A stretch of DNA of 38,400 bases from contig CBDCTJ010000002.1 in assembly GCA_965222115.1 (NCBI GenBank), positions 1 through 38,400 of the forward strand, read 5' to 3'. The notes below the pieces were generated by a model, which searched no databases, was not told where the DNA came from, and saw only the letters and a program-made list of their open reading frames with translations. The position numbers and the translations under genes are program-made. Below, one piece after another: positions 17,528 to 26,768 of the stretch. Source of the stretch: Planctomycetota bacterium. GTDB taxonomy: Bacteria > Planctomycetota > PLA2 > JAEUHO01. Numbering within the stretch: position 1 is the stretch's first letter; the number at the start of each line of letters is the position of its first letter.

Positions 17528-18181
17528 TATCGGTAGAAGACCCTTCTGTTGCCGGACGTTATAGTGTCACGCCGTGTGCGCGCTGAGGTTTTCAGTTGAT
17601 CGAACTTGGCCCCCGTTATTTCCTCAAGTTTAGGAGCGCACGCACCACCAACCTGTCCCATGCGCTTGAATCGGTTATCGAAGTGGGCGTCCTTGAAGAA
17701 TGCCATACGGCAGCGTGCTTGCGCTTGCGAAAGTCTATGAGATCAGTCGCCAACTCCGTTATCTGGCTGTTAACGCGGCCCTCCATGCAACAATCGTCAA
17801 TATATCTTTGTCCAGACTGCAACGCCTGGCGAACATCCCGCTGCGGCCCATACACTCCAGACAATGTTTCATTGAAGTTTTCAACAGCCGACCCTATCGG
17901 ACGCCCACCGCTGGCACGACGGATTCATGTCTGCGGCAAAAAGCGCGACCATTACAAAGCCGCCTTTGATGCCACGAAGCCCGGTAAGCCTCCTGGCTGC
18001 TGCTGTGCCAAGTGTCCTAGCGCTATGCGTCGATATGATTTTGCGCGGACAACACGACCAAATAGCGTGCCTCGCTTCTTAGCCTGAAAAATCGCCCGCT
18101 CCTGATGAGAACGCGCGCGTGGGCTAGATGACTGACGCTTGATGCGTCGGTAGGTACAGTGATGGTTGGGCCGCGACTCAA
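17527..18181 (-). CDS. Hypothetical tail-region protein, heavily frameshifted; boundaries approximate
   Basis: Protein-like pieces in different frames (ARTLGTAAARRLTGLRGIKGGFVMVALF; SAVENFNETLSGVYGPQRDVRQAL; ITELATDLIDFRKRK); TAATG overlap with the next gene. Confidence 0.35.
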
Positions 18182-18976
18182 TGGGACCACCAAGTATGAG
18201 CCAACCTCTGGCTCGGAGTGGCGGGCAAGAGTTGATGCCCCGGGGCGTAGTCGGTAGCGGGCGAATACCGTGTAGGTGTTACCTGTGCTAACAGGCCCGG
18301 CCCACGCCTGCGCGCCGTCGCTATCCGTGAACACAATCGACCCGTCAGTCGGATCGCTCGCTCGGCTCGGTGCCGCCTTCTGTACGATCACCGTGTCGGC
18401 GTAATCGTAGCGCGTAGACGCAAGCGATTCATCCCAGATGATGCCCGATGCCCCATCCGAGCGAACGTTTAGCGGCGCTCCGAACTGCTCCGACGTGGTT
18501 AGCAACGCCTCCCACATTGTGCGCAACGAATGCCAGGTGCTTGCCGGTGCCAATGGTGGCCGTCGCATCAAGTGATACGAGCGACGACATCAGATATTCA
18601 GCTCCGACCATGTTGTCGGTGGCCGACGAAATGCGCTCGCTCAACTCAAGTGCCCCGCGATTGGCCGAGGCGTCCAGTGTCGCCGTCTAGCAGCGGGCCG
18701 CCGACGATAGCAGCTTCGCCCATGCGATCCCCGTAGACGTGGCAAGCCCCCACCACCAAGAAACGCGCGGTTATGAACGAAGGTTCGTCCTCATCGGCCT
18801 CAACGCTCTGTAGGGAGACCATGGCCACGGCGTGGCGTCTGGAACCTGGTCCTCGGTCGGCGCGCCCGCGATGATCCGCACCGACTCGCCGCGAAACACC
18901 TTGTGCTGCGAACCGTCTTCCCACGTCACGCCCTGGAGCGTGTGGCGTATTTGCTGATTCATCTGCTGGGGTTCAT
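18178..18976 (-). CDS. Tail completion/terminator-like protein with C-terminal beta domain, frameshifted
   Basis: ATGA-coupled start; ORF fragments 18771..18962, 18646..18924, 18429..18644 and 18023..18571 chain into one plausible reading. Confidence 0.4.
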
Positions 18977-19389
18977 CCGTCCGCCGCCTTCCCGAACAGC
19001 GTACCTTTGCGCTCCACCTTGATCGCGCGTTGCATTTTCCCGAGCCCTCCCATGGACTCAGGTTTCGTTGCGTCCTTCGCTTCGCCCTTCGAAGATTTCG
19101 CGGACGCGGCCTCGATGATTGCCTGAATCAATCCAGCTTCGCCGCCTGCCGGGTCGGCTCGCATTTGCAGCGCACTGGCCGCTGCCGGGTCCATCGATGC
19201 GAATCCCTGGGCAGCGAGTATGTCCGCCGTGTACGTGTCCCCGATCTCGGCTAGAGCGTCCTTCTCAATGTCGGACAAGCGTAAGAACCACTCGATAGGC
19301 CTGAGGACGGCAAGCCCTAAGCCACGCGCGGTAATCCTCCTGCGTACAGTAAGCGTCTCGGGGAGTCGTCTTCGTCGGAACATGGTCAC
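18973..19389 (-). CDS. Hypothetical protein in the tail-assembly-chaperone position
   Basis: 138 aa helical ORF directly after the tube-like gene. Confidence 0.5.
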   Translation of the reverse strand: MTMFRRRRLPETLTVRRRITARGLGLAVLRPIEWFLRLSDIEKDALAEIGDTYTADILAAQGFASMDPAAASALQMRADPAGGEAGLIQAIIEAASAKSSKGEAKDATKPESMGGLGKMQRAIKVERKGTLFGKAADG

Positions 19390-19946
19390 GCCTCAAAATC
19401 GGACACTCGTCCAATAGACAAGGTACGCCCGTTGTCGTCACGCACACAACGAAACAATGCCGCGATGCCTAGCTCATCGACCCGTGTAAAGGCGAATCCC
19501 TCATCGCCTTGGGTTCCGGGAACCGCTCGGCGCGCGATGAAGCCGGGCACACTCAACTCGTCATCGGGCACGAAAAGCAAAGACACCGAACGCCCTAGCA
19601 TCGACTCCCCGGGCGTGTATTCGCCTGGAACATCCATTCGTTTGTGGGACGAAACCGCGCCGGTGACCGCTGAGTCACCCCAGATTGAAGCGATAGCGTC
19701 GTCGTCTACGCCACGCAGGAAGCATCCAACCGTCCAGATGTTCGCGGCCTCTAGCACGTCACCGATCTCGCCAAGCGACTCGTACCACACCTCGAACGGT
19801 TCACCGGATGGAACAAGCACACAGGCGTTCGATATTCCGATCTCAGTCCCACCATAGGGAGCGCTTCCCGTATCGTACGGACCCGTCGGGTTCACGATCA
19901 GGCGACCTGGCGCGCGGATTATTCGTTGGGCGTTGCGTCCGGCCAC
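19386..19946 (-). CDS. Putative major tail tube protein
   Basis: 186 aa; IIRAPGRL...GTEIG...SLLFVP pattern, size and position after gpG fit a tube protein. Confidence 0.55.
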   Translation of the reverse strand: MAGRNAQRIIRAPGRLIVNPTGPYDTGSAPYGGTEIGISNACVLVPSGEPFEVWYESLGEIGDVLEAANIWTVGCFLRGVDDDAIASIWGDSAVTGAVSSHKRMDVPGEYTPGESMLGRSVSLLFVPDDELSVPGFIARRAVPGTQGDEGFAFTRVDELGIAALFRCVRDDNGRTLSIGRVSDFEA

Positions 19947-20534
19947 CTAAGCCCCCGTGATTTCTACGCCGACCACTTCCTTGATGTCCTTCATCGTTTG
20001 CTTGGTGATTGCGACGATCGGTCGTTCTTGCAGCTTCATTTTCAGGCGCGACCCCTTGGGCCTTTGGATTGGTCAAGAATCCAAGCGCCTCGGACCACTG
20101 CTTGCCCGCACACCTTGAGCCATGCAGCCGCCAATCGCTGAACCTGCTCGGTGATCGGGCTTCGACTCAACCTCAAGCCCGAAGTGTTGCGGGGCTGCGT
20201 ATGGCAGGTTCGTCCCGACTTCTACCGAGCGCGCGTCAACCACGCGGAACGAAATCGATCCACGTAAGCGGCCTGTATCCATCAACGCGGGTCGATCTTG
20301 GAACCTACGCGCGGGTGGCTTGCGGCGCCCCATGTGAAAGTCCGCGATGATCCCGAACACGTTTGGCGATTGTCGAGCGGGCCACTTGGAACCCTCGAAC
20401 CCCTGATTGCGAAACGCGTCCTGTGACTCCGAAAGCATCACCGCGCCAATCTGTTTCAGTATCGGCTTCGGGTTGGCAAGTAGCTTCTCAATGCCCTTTA
20501 ACTTCGAGCCCAGATCGAACGTCGCGCGGGCCAT
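19947..20534 (-). CDS. Mu gpG-like virion morphogenesis protein, frameshifted near 3' end
   Basis: ILKQIG...FRNQG...KWP...LMDTGRLRGSI...VEVGTNLPYAAPQHFG; C-terminus VAITKQTMKDIKEVVGVEITGA* lies in another frame. Confidence 0.85.
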
Positions 20535-20984
20535 TAGTCGTCACGCATTCTGCGCGGTAGGTTGTAAAAAGCGTTGCATGGATCCGACCACGGGCGCAAT
20601 TTCGTTCCGTCTCGCGTGGTTGGGCGTGTCGAGTCTGGCGCTAACCGTGCGCGTACCGTCGTTTTCAGTAGCTTGTCGGCCACTCCGTCAGCGGCCCAAA
20701 CTTCATCCCACGACTGGATTTCTGCCGTGGTCGATGTCCCGCCACGCCGCTTCAGCCACGCGACAACACCCTGAACAGCAAGCAGCAAATGAGATGCGTC
20801 TTCGCCGTTGTACTCTTGCTGCGTGTAGAGCGGGAATGACGCAATAACCTTCTTGGCCGCAACGATCCCCACTTCGTCGTCAAACGTCTTCGGCACCCGT
20901 GTCGCGTATGTTGGTCAGGGACAGAAGATCGGTGCGGCTATATGTTTCTTTCGTTTCCTGCCATAGCGTTTCGGCGGGTGTCAT
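20534..20984 (-). CDS. Mu gp36-like head-tail adaptor (one frameshift)
   Basis: MTPAETLW...YSRTDLLSLTN joins DDEVGIVAAKKV...VVAWLK if one T is removed near 20883; position between capsid genes and gpG. Confidence 0.55.
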
Positions 20985-21001
20985 GTGTCATCGCCTCCAC
21001 G

Positions 21002-22302
21002 TTACACGGGGTCCGTGATCGTCGGTGTACCGGAACTCGGAAGGTAGCCGAGCCCGGAAATGAACAACCACCACTGCAAGATTGCATCAGCAGGGGCACC
21101 ACCTGTATCTGTGAATTCTAGCGTGTCGTCACGCAGCCACGGGGTAGGGCCTCCGACGACGATCCAGTACGTGCCATCGATCAAGTCCCAAGGGGTAAAC
21201 ACCATGTCATCAAACAAAAGCGTTCCGCTAGTTGCTCCGCTCCATTCGATTCCGACCGTAAAGTCGTTTGTGTTCCAATTCTTGAACCATGTGTTGGCGT
21301 CGAATGGAATGACTAACTCGTTCCACCCAACGGCCATTGATGCAACCGAAAGCGTAGCAGTCTGTGAACCAAGGTGAAGTTCGGCATCGCCACCACTTGC
21401 CACCCCGATCGTTGGGTTGACCATTACGCGCAGGAAATATGGGCGCGCGCCGTCAAAACGTGATGTTCTCATGTCTCGTAACGGCTGGTCGATTCGGAAG
21501 GACCCCGACGCGCTCAAGCTCGCGTCAACAGACGCACCTGGAAAGGATCTGTAAAAGTTCGCGGTGTCTTGTACGGGCGTGACCCCCGAAGTGTCATCCC
21601 ACCCGGTGAACGTTCGCCCGCTGGCGGTTGTCACGGATGAAAAGGAACTGTTACGCAACAGACTCCCGCCCGCCGCTGTTCCGGCGTGGCGACTTGGTAC
21701 GAATGTGCGCGCCGAGACGCCCGATCCTGTCGTCCCCCTCTCAAGTGCATCAGGGGATGACGACTCGCCCACATGTTCGAATTCTTCGGCGTGTACCTGC
21801 GTACCGCTCTGCCCGTCGCGCCTGCATCGAAACTTCTTCGTCTCGACGTTGCACGCCTCCATGTTGTAGCCGCCTTCGTCAATTGTCAGGCGGTGGATCG
21901 TCCCGTCGCCGTTGTTCGACGCGCCAAGCGTTGGGGTCGTGTCATACGTGATTGCGGCGAGACTTGATCGTTTGCGATGATTCGTCCAGGCGCTCCCACA
22001 GCGCTCGGAAGATTCTCGTAACGTCTCGGTAGCCGTTTCCGTCAGCCTTCGCCCACTCGAATAGAATGGCCTGCATCCACGGGGCAATCCGTGACGCGGA
22101 GGCCAACGACGAAAGCGCGGCGCGGAACTCTGCCGCACCTCGCGTGTGTACGTTCGGCGTGTAGTCCCCGTCAAGCCCTTGCTCAACGGTCTCAAGTAGC
22201 GCCAGCATCGTCCCATCGGAGAACGCGCGGTTGCTTCTCGAACACGTTGATCGCGTTCTTCCACTGCGTGAATACTTCAGCTTCGGTGGGGCTTCCTGGC
22301 AA
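21002..22302 (-). CDS. About 430-aa virion structural protein (two frameshifts)
   Basis: GGAGG SD then TTG-PGSPTEAEVFTQW; joins 21942..22208 and AITYDTTPTLGASNNGDGTI... of 21002..22264; Thr/Gly/Ser-rich beta C-terminal half. Confidence 0.6.
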
Positions 22303-22902
22303 CTGCTACGCCTCCGAAAGTTTCCAGCCCGATTTCGGACAAGACGGGTGGGTATTTTGTGCCGCGCTTCGGGGATCGTTGATCCTCGCAGCGGACCATA
22401 TACATGAAATCTGCGGCCGGCGTGTCACCCTCGCGCGGGATGTACGGTCGAACAGCGCGCCCAGCTTTTTGAGCGGTCGCTACGTCATCATCCGTCGGGA
22501 TGTTGATCGGGTATCCCGTGTCGCCGGGACACTTCCGTGTCACCCTCGGGTGTGTGGACAACGTACTTCTCGGACTCGCCTGGCCGAAATCGAATCACCT
22601 TGCGCGGCAACTGTTCGACAACTGCATCAACTTTGCGCCGCGTGAGCTTCACCAACGACCCGAACTGCGGGAATCGCGAACTCTTGCCGCCGGCGCCCTG
22701 TTGACTTCGTGAACGTCGTTGTCAGCTTCGGGAAGGCCACGCCGCCAACATCCAACTGCTCAACCGGGCACGACGGGTAAACGCCAACCCAGTACCATTC
22801 CTGTTTTGATACTCCGGTGCCCCCGGTGGTCGCTGGGGTCAGTTCGGAGCCGCTGACAGTGCGCGTAGTCTTCTTGGGCGTGGCCGTGGTTTTGTTCGTC
22901 AT
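22277..22902 (-). CDS. Hypothetical protein after the capsid gene, frameshifted
   Basis: 22627..22902 and 22277..22561 join through PQFGSLVKLTRRKVDAVVEQLPRKVIRF when one base is removed from each of two homopolymers. Confidence 0.55.
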
Positions 22903-22939
22903 CGTTGCATCCCTGTATGACGTTGCGGTTGATTAGAAA

Positions 22940-23932
22940 CTAGTTGCTGTGCTTGATCGCCGCGTAAGGAAGCGCGACACCGGCACCCGCGCGCCATTCC
23001 CACTGGACGTACTCTTCGGCAGTGGTGCGCGTGTGGTCGCCGTTGTTGTCGCCCTCAAGCGAACTGAAGTCCTGAAGCGCCTCGCGCTCAAGCAAGAATG
23101 TAGGCTTCTTCGGGGGACTCAAGAGAATCTGATACCAACTGTTGTCGGTGATTCGTGACGTTCCCATTAGCTGAACATCACGGCTCGCGTCTTGGACGAT
23201 GTTGCTGGGCGTGGTTCCCGCGTCGGTGCCAAGGACAACACCACGACGGCGCTGCAAGAATGCCTCCTCGAACACCTGTTTGTTCTGCACGCCAAAAATC
23301 ACTAGATAGCCAGCGTCGATGATGTCAGGCGTCAACATGGGCTGACCCTTGCCGTCCTGCATCAATGCGTGCTGTTCGCAACCGCTGTAGTAGTCGCTCA
23401 AGATGGCAGCCGAAGACGCTACGCCGGAGCCAGTCAAAAGGTTTCCGTCCGAGACGCCAAAGCGGTCGTCGCCGTTACCGTCGGTCGTCGAAAACATATT
23501 CACGCCGTCGGGAGCAAGCGGGATGCCGGGCAGCGTGTTCGTGGAGCCCGTCAATAGGTCGAACGCGAATCGCTCGGGCAGCATAGCGGCAGACTTGCCG
23601 ACCATCTGCGCGGCTTCCATTAGCGATTGTGTCTTGTCGTCCTTGCGGTCCCACTTGGACCACGGGATACGACGAGCCCACTCGTAGATCGGGACCTCGA
23701 AGCCCACCGAATCCATAGCGTCGGTAGGAATCGTGTCACCGCGCTTCCAGTTGGTCATGTGCGGGGCCGCGAGGAAGTAAGCGAAAAGCTCCTGCCTCGA
23801 CATGGCGCCTATGCTCATGTCCATGAACACCGAAAGACGCTCGTCTGAGCGGCGATCAAATGCCGTGTACGTGTCCGCAAACTCGTTTCGCAGGCCGTTT
23901 ACAAGTGTTGCCGTAGCTACTACTCGTGACAT
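22940..23932 (-). CDS. Major capsid protein, Mu gpT-like
   Basis: 330 aa; RKDDK...VGKSAAMLPERFAFDLL...PDGVNMFSTT matches the gpT-type pattern; follows protease and decoration genes. Confidence 0.85.
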   Translation of the reverse strand: MSRVVATATLVNGLRNEFADTYTAFDRRSDERLSVFMDMSIGAMSRQELFAYFLAAPHMTNWKRGDTIPTDAMDSVGFEVPIYEWARRIPWSKWDRKDDKTQSLMEAAQMVGKSAAMLPERFAFDLLTGSTNTLPGIPLAPDGVNMFSTTDGNGDDRFGVSDGNLLTGSGVASSAAILSDYYSGCEQHALMQDGKGQPMLTPDIIDAGYLVIFGVQNKQVFEEAFLQRRRGVVLGTDAGTTPSNIVQDASRDVQLMGTSRITDNSWYQILLSPPKKPTFLLEREALQDFSSLEGDNNGDHTRTTAEEYVQWEWRAGAGVALPYAAIKHSN

Positions 23933-23942
23933 TGGTTAGCTC

Positions 23943-24362
23943 CTAAGCCTGGATCTCTGTTGTGCGTCGAAGTTCTATGTCGCATACACCAGCCGACACG
24001 AATCTCGTGATGATCCCTATTCCACCCGATGCAACAATTGCCGCGTCTTCGATGTTGCTGGTCGCGCACGTCAACTGCTTACCAACATCAGCCTGAACAA
24101 TCCCAGCGACGGCAATGTTCTTGAGAACTTCGCCCGCCGTATTGACTTTACCTTCGGGGGGCGGTGAAGCGCTGGTGTCCCCAATGACCCCCTCATGGAG
24201 GAGCCCGACAAACTTCGCGCCACCGGTGTTCTTATTTAGAAATCCGTTGGCGTCGATCTCGACAAGCTCGCCCGCGAACAGCTCTACACCGTCCGCAACA
24301 ACGAACCCGTTGCGACCGCGCCGCTGGGTTTCCCAAATCTTGTTGGCTGTTAGGTTCGCCAT
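23943..24362 (-). CDS. Capsid decoration/cement protein
   Basis: 139 aa; VADGVELFAGELV...KFVG...IVQADVGK; between protease and capsid. Confidence 0.7.
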   Translation of the reverse strand: MANLTANKIWETQRRGRNGFVVADGVELFAGELVEIDANGFLNKNTGGAKFVGLLHEGVIGDTSASPPPEGKVNTAGEVLKNIAVAGIVQADVGKQLTCATSNIEDAAIVASGGIGIITRFVSAGVCDIELRRTTEIQA

Positions 24363-24365
24363 GGG

Positions 24366-25664
24366 CTAGGCCTCCACGCTTTCGGATTTCATCTTGCGCG
24401 CGATGTAACGCTTCTTTGCATCGCTCGACGTGTCACGGGCAAGCCCGGCGCCTACAATGTCGTCGAACTCGCGCGCGAACTTCTCGGCCTTCTCGATTGC
24501 GTCCGGCCCTTTGTCGGCGTACGCATTGGCCTCATCCGATACGAACTCGAATGAATGAGCTTGGCCTGCCGGGTGTCCTATCGCAAACGAAACCGGCGCT
24601 GTGTGCGAGTAGAGCGAATCGACGTATGCCTTGAACGCCTCGGCTCCGTGGTCCCGTCGAAACGCGGCCAACTTCTCGCCGATCTTGGCGCCAAGCGCAC
24701 GGCCCTTTAGCTTCTCGGTAGCACTTGCGACGTCCGATTCGATCGCCTTCTCCTCGGCCTGCGCCTCGAACTTGGCTTCCAGCGCGTCGTACTTGGCCTG
24801 CATTTCTGCTAGGTCTGAACTTCCGACCTTGGACATCGCCTCGGGTGGCGAGGCTGCCGGGGGTGCCGCCGTTTCGACCTTCGGCTCCTCGGTTTCGACT
24901 GCTGCGCTCTCGGCGGCTGCGATGGCCTCTTTGATCGAAGCAAAGTCAGCAATCGGAATCGATCCGTCTGCGATAGCCTTCACGACCCCGCCTACGTCGA
25001 TGCCACCTGCTTCCATGTCTTCGGTCTTCTTTTCTTCGTCTTTGGTCTTATCTTCGTCGGCCATAAACAACTCCGAGAGGAAGCTGGCGGATTTGCCACG
25101 CGCGAACGTGTATACATTGGCCGCGCCCTTTCGCTCGTGGCGAAACATTCCATGGCCGCGGTTTGTGTCATGTGTGACACTTCTCCGATCGACGACCAGC
25201 ATTGGAAGTTCGAGGTACGGAGCTTCATGATCGAGCAGCGCGAGTCCGTCAATGCTAGGGTTGTCTACGTCGAAGATTTCAACGCTTCGATACAACAGCC
25301 GGCGCGCAACGACTTCATCCAACGCCGTCTCACTGGTAAACGTCAAGTCCGCGAACATCGTCGGGCGCGTCTCACCCTTGAACGACGCGGGGCGAACGTC
25401 GGTGATCTCAAACACGCCAGCGCTCTCGACGGGGGTTTCGTCGCCGTGGTGGCGAATGTGGAGAGGCGGTAGATACCCGTCTGCCTTGGCCTGGTCGGCC
25501 TTTGCCTTGGCCTTCGCCATCCACTCGGAGTCAAAGACGTGATCGCCGCGCGAGCATTCCAGGAAGATCGGAACGTCCACGATCGTGTGCGTACCGTCTG
25601 CGTTCGCCACTACTCGGAACTGTAGGTCACTCGGGATTCCCGTCTCTTTGATTGTCGTTGCCAT
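24366..25664 (-). CDS. Mu gpI-like prohead protease with C-terminal scaffold
   Basis: PPLHIRH, YRSVEI and GLALL...PY motifs, then an Ala/Glu-rich coiled-coil beginning at internal MADEDK. Confidence 0.8.
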   Translation of the reverse strand: MATTIKETGIPSDLQFRVVANADGTHTIVDVPIFLECSRGDHVFDSEWMAKAKAKADQAKADGYLPPLHIRHHGDETPVESAGVFEITDVRPASFKGETRPTMFADLTFTSETALDEVVARRLLYRSVEIFDVDNPSIDGLALLDHEAPYLELPMLVVDRRSVTHDTNRGHGMFRHERKGAANVYTFARGKSASFLSELFMADEDKTKDEEKKTEDMEAGGIDVGGVVKAIADGSIPIADFASIKEAIAAAESAAVETEEPKVETAAPPAASPPEAMSKVGSSDLAEMQAKYDALEAKFEAQAEEKAIESDVASATEKLKGRALGAKIGEKLAAFRRDHGAEAFKAYVDSLYSHTAPVSFAIGHPAGQAHSFEFVSDEANAYADKGPDAIEKAEKFAREFDDIVGAGLARDTSSDAKKRYIARKMKSESVEA

Positions 25665-25860
25665 TGGTCAGGCCCTCACGTTCTAGAAGTCGTTGCACGT
25701 TTCGACGTACTGCTAGTGTCGATTGTTTGGTCCTGCCTTGGATGATCCTGTATACGCTTTCGCGGCTCGCGGGTATCTGGCGCGCGACCCACGCAACACC
25801 TCGGCGATGCGCCAACTGCTCAAGTCTGCGCCGGTCGTTGTCCCATCGTGATCCACTCAT
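25627..25860 (-). CDS. Small HTH DNA-binding protein inside the head module
   Basis: GVAWVARQIPASRESVYRIIQGRT is HTH-like; TGATG-coupled to gpF. Confidence 0.65.
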   Translation of the reverse strand: MSGSRWDNDRRRLEQLAHRRGVAWVARQIPASRESVYRIIQGRTKQSTLAVRRNVQRLLEREGLTNGNDNQRDGNPE

Positions 25861-26768
25861 CAGAGCACCATGGTCGATGTGAACCGGTCGGGTCGGAAGT
25901 GTGTAAAGCCCTTGTCTGGGCCAGCCCTAGCGGGTATTCGTGATGCGCGTAACGAGCCGTCCGCGCCTATGCGGCCCATGCGCTTGAGCTGCGCTCGGTT
26001 TACGAATGATGCCGTGCATCTGCAATTAAATCCCAAAGGGGGAGCTATCTCGTCCCACCCCGGATCATCCACAGCGAGTATCACGCCGTCCGCCGCCATG
26101 TGATTGGGTCGCGTGTCTGCATCCCCAACGGCGTCGAAGCGCAGCGCCGGTATCACTTGTCGAACGTCCGGGTCTCGGGCCTGTCTGAATCGACCCGCAC
26201 TGATGCCCGTATTGACGTTGGTACGAAACGCAGCTTGCGAGTAAGCGCGCGACCAGTCGGCGGTGAGTGGTGTCGTACTAGATCCCCGCATCAACTTGTC
26301 CACAGCTTCCGCTTCCGGCGTGCCCTCGAACACTGCTTGCGCGATGATTGATTGAGCGCGGTCAACTACTGCGCGTTCGGTCGCGCGTGAGAACGCAATA
26401 GCATTCTGCTCTGAATAGATTTGCGCTATCTGCTCCGCTGTCCTACCGGCAGCGCGTTGTAGCGGTACCGGTATGCGCTCGGCTAGTTCCTCAACGGCCT
26501 CGATGAACGTTACGCGGGGCAACACCGGGCTAGCCGCCGCGAAGTTAGCTCCGCGTGTCGCCGCCTCTAGCGCGAGTGACGCGCCTATGACTTCGCTGCG
26601 TCCAATCGTCTCGCGTACAACATCACCGACTTTCAATCGTGCGTCATCCATGCGCGAACCATTGACCGCCAAGTAAGCGCCCATCATCTCCTGCACCGCT
26701 TCAAAGTATTGAGGGATGCGGCGATGCTGGATCTCGGCCAGTAGTCGGGTGCTGGCTTTGCGGGACAT
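25860..26768 (-). CDS. Mu gpF/SPP1 gp7-like minor head protein
   Basis: FRTNVNTGISAGR, DAVGDADTRPNH, PPLGFNCRC. Confidence 0.92.
   Translation of the reverse strand: MSRKASTRLLAEIQHRRIPQYFEAVQEMMGAYLAVNGSRMDDARLKVGDVVRETIGRSEVIGASLALEAATRGANFAAASPVLPRVTFIEAVEELAERIPVPLQRAAGRTAEQIAQIYSEQNAIAFSRATERAVVDRAQSIIAQAVFEGTPEAEAVDKLMRGSSTTPLTADWSRAYSQAAFRTNVNTGISAGRFRQARDPDVRQVIPALRFDAVGDADTRPNHMAADGVILAVDDPGWDEIAPPLGFNCRCTASFVNRAQLKRMGRIGADGSLRASRIPARAGPDKGFTHFRPDRFTSTMVL

Noticed and set aside
18085-18125. CTGATGAG with a nearby GAAA as a second hammerhead
   Set aside because: Stems I-III cannot be formed and it is antisense within a coding region.
19030-19045. GGGAAAA as a tail-chaperone -1 frameshift site
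   Set aside because: It is phased GGG AAA A, not X XXY YYZ, in the ORF frame.
16500-22700. Programmed recoding or an alternative genetic code as the cause of broken ORFs
   Set aside because: The breaks are frame changes, not in-frame stops of one type; TAA, TAG and TGA all terminate intact genes elsewhere in the window.
25850-25870. Minus-strand CTGATGAG as a hammerhead core
   Set aside because: Explained by the TGATG stop/start overlap; no GAAA partner or stems.
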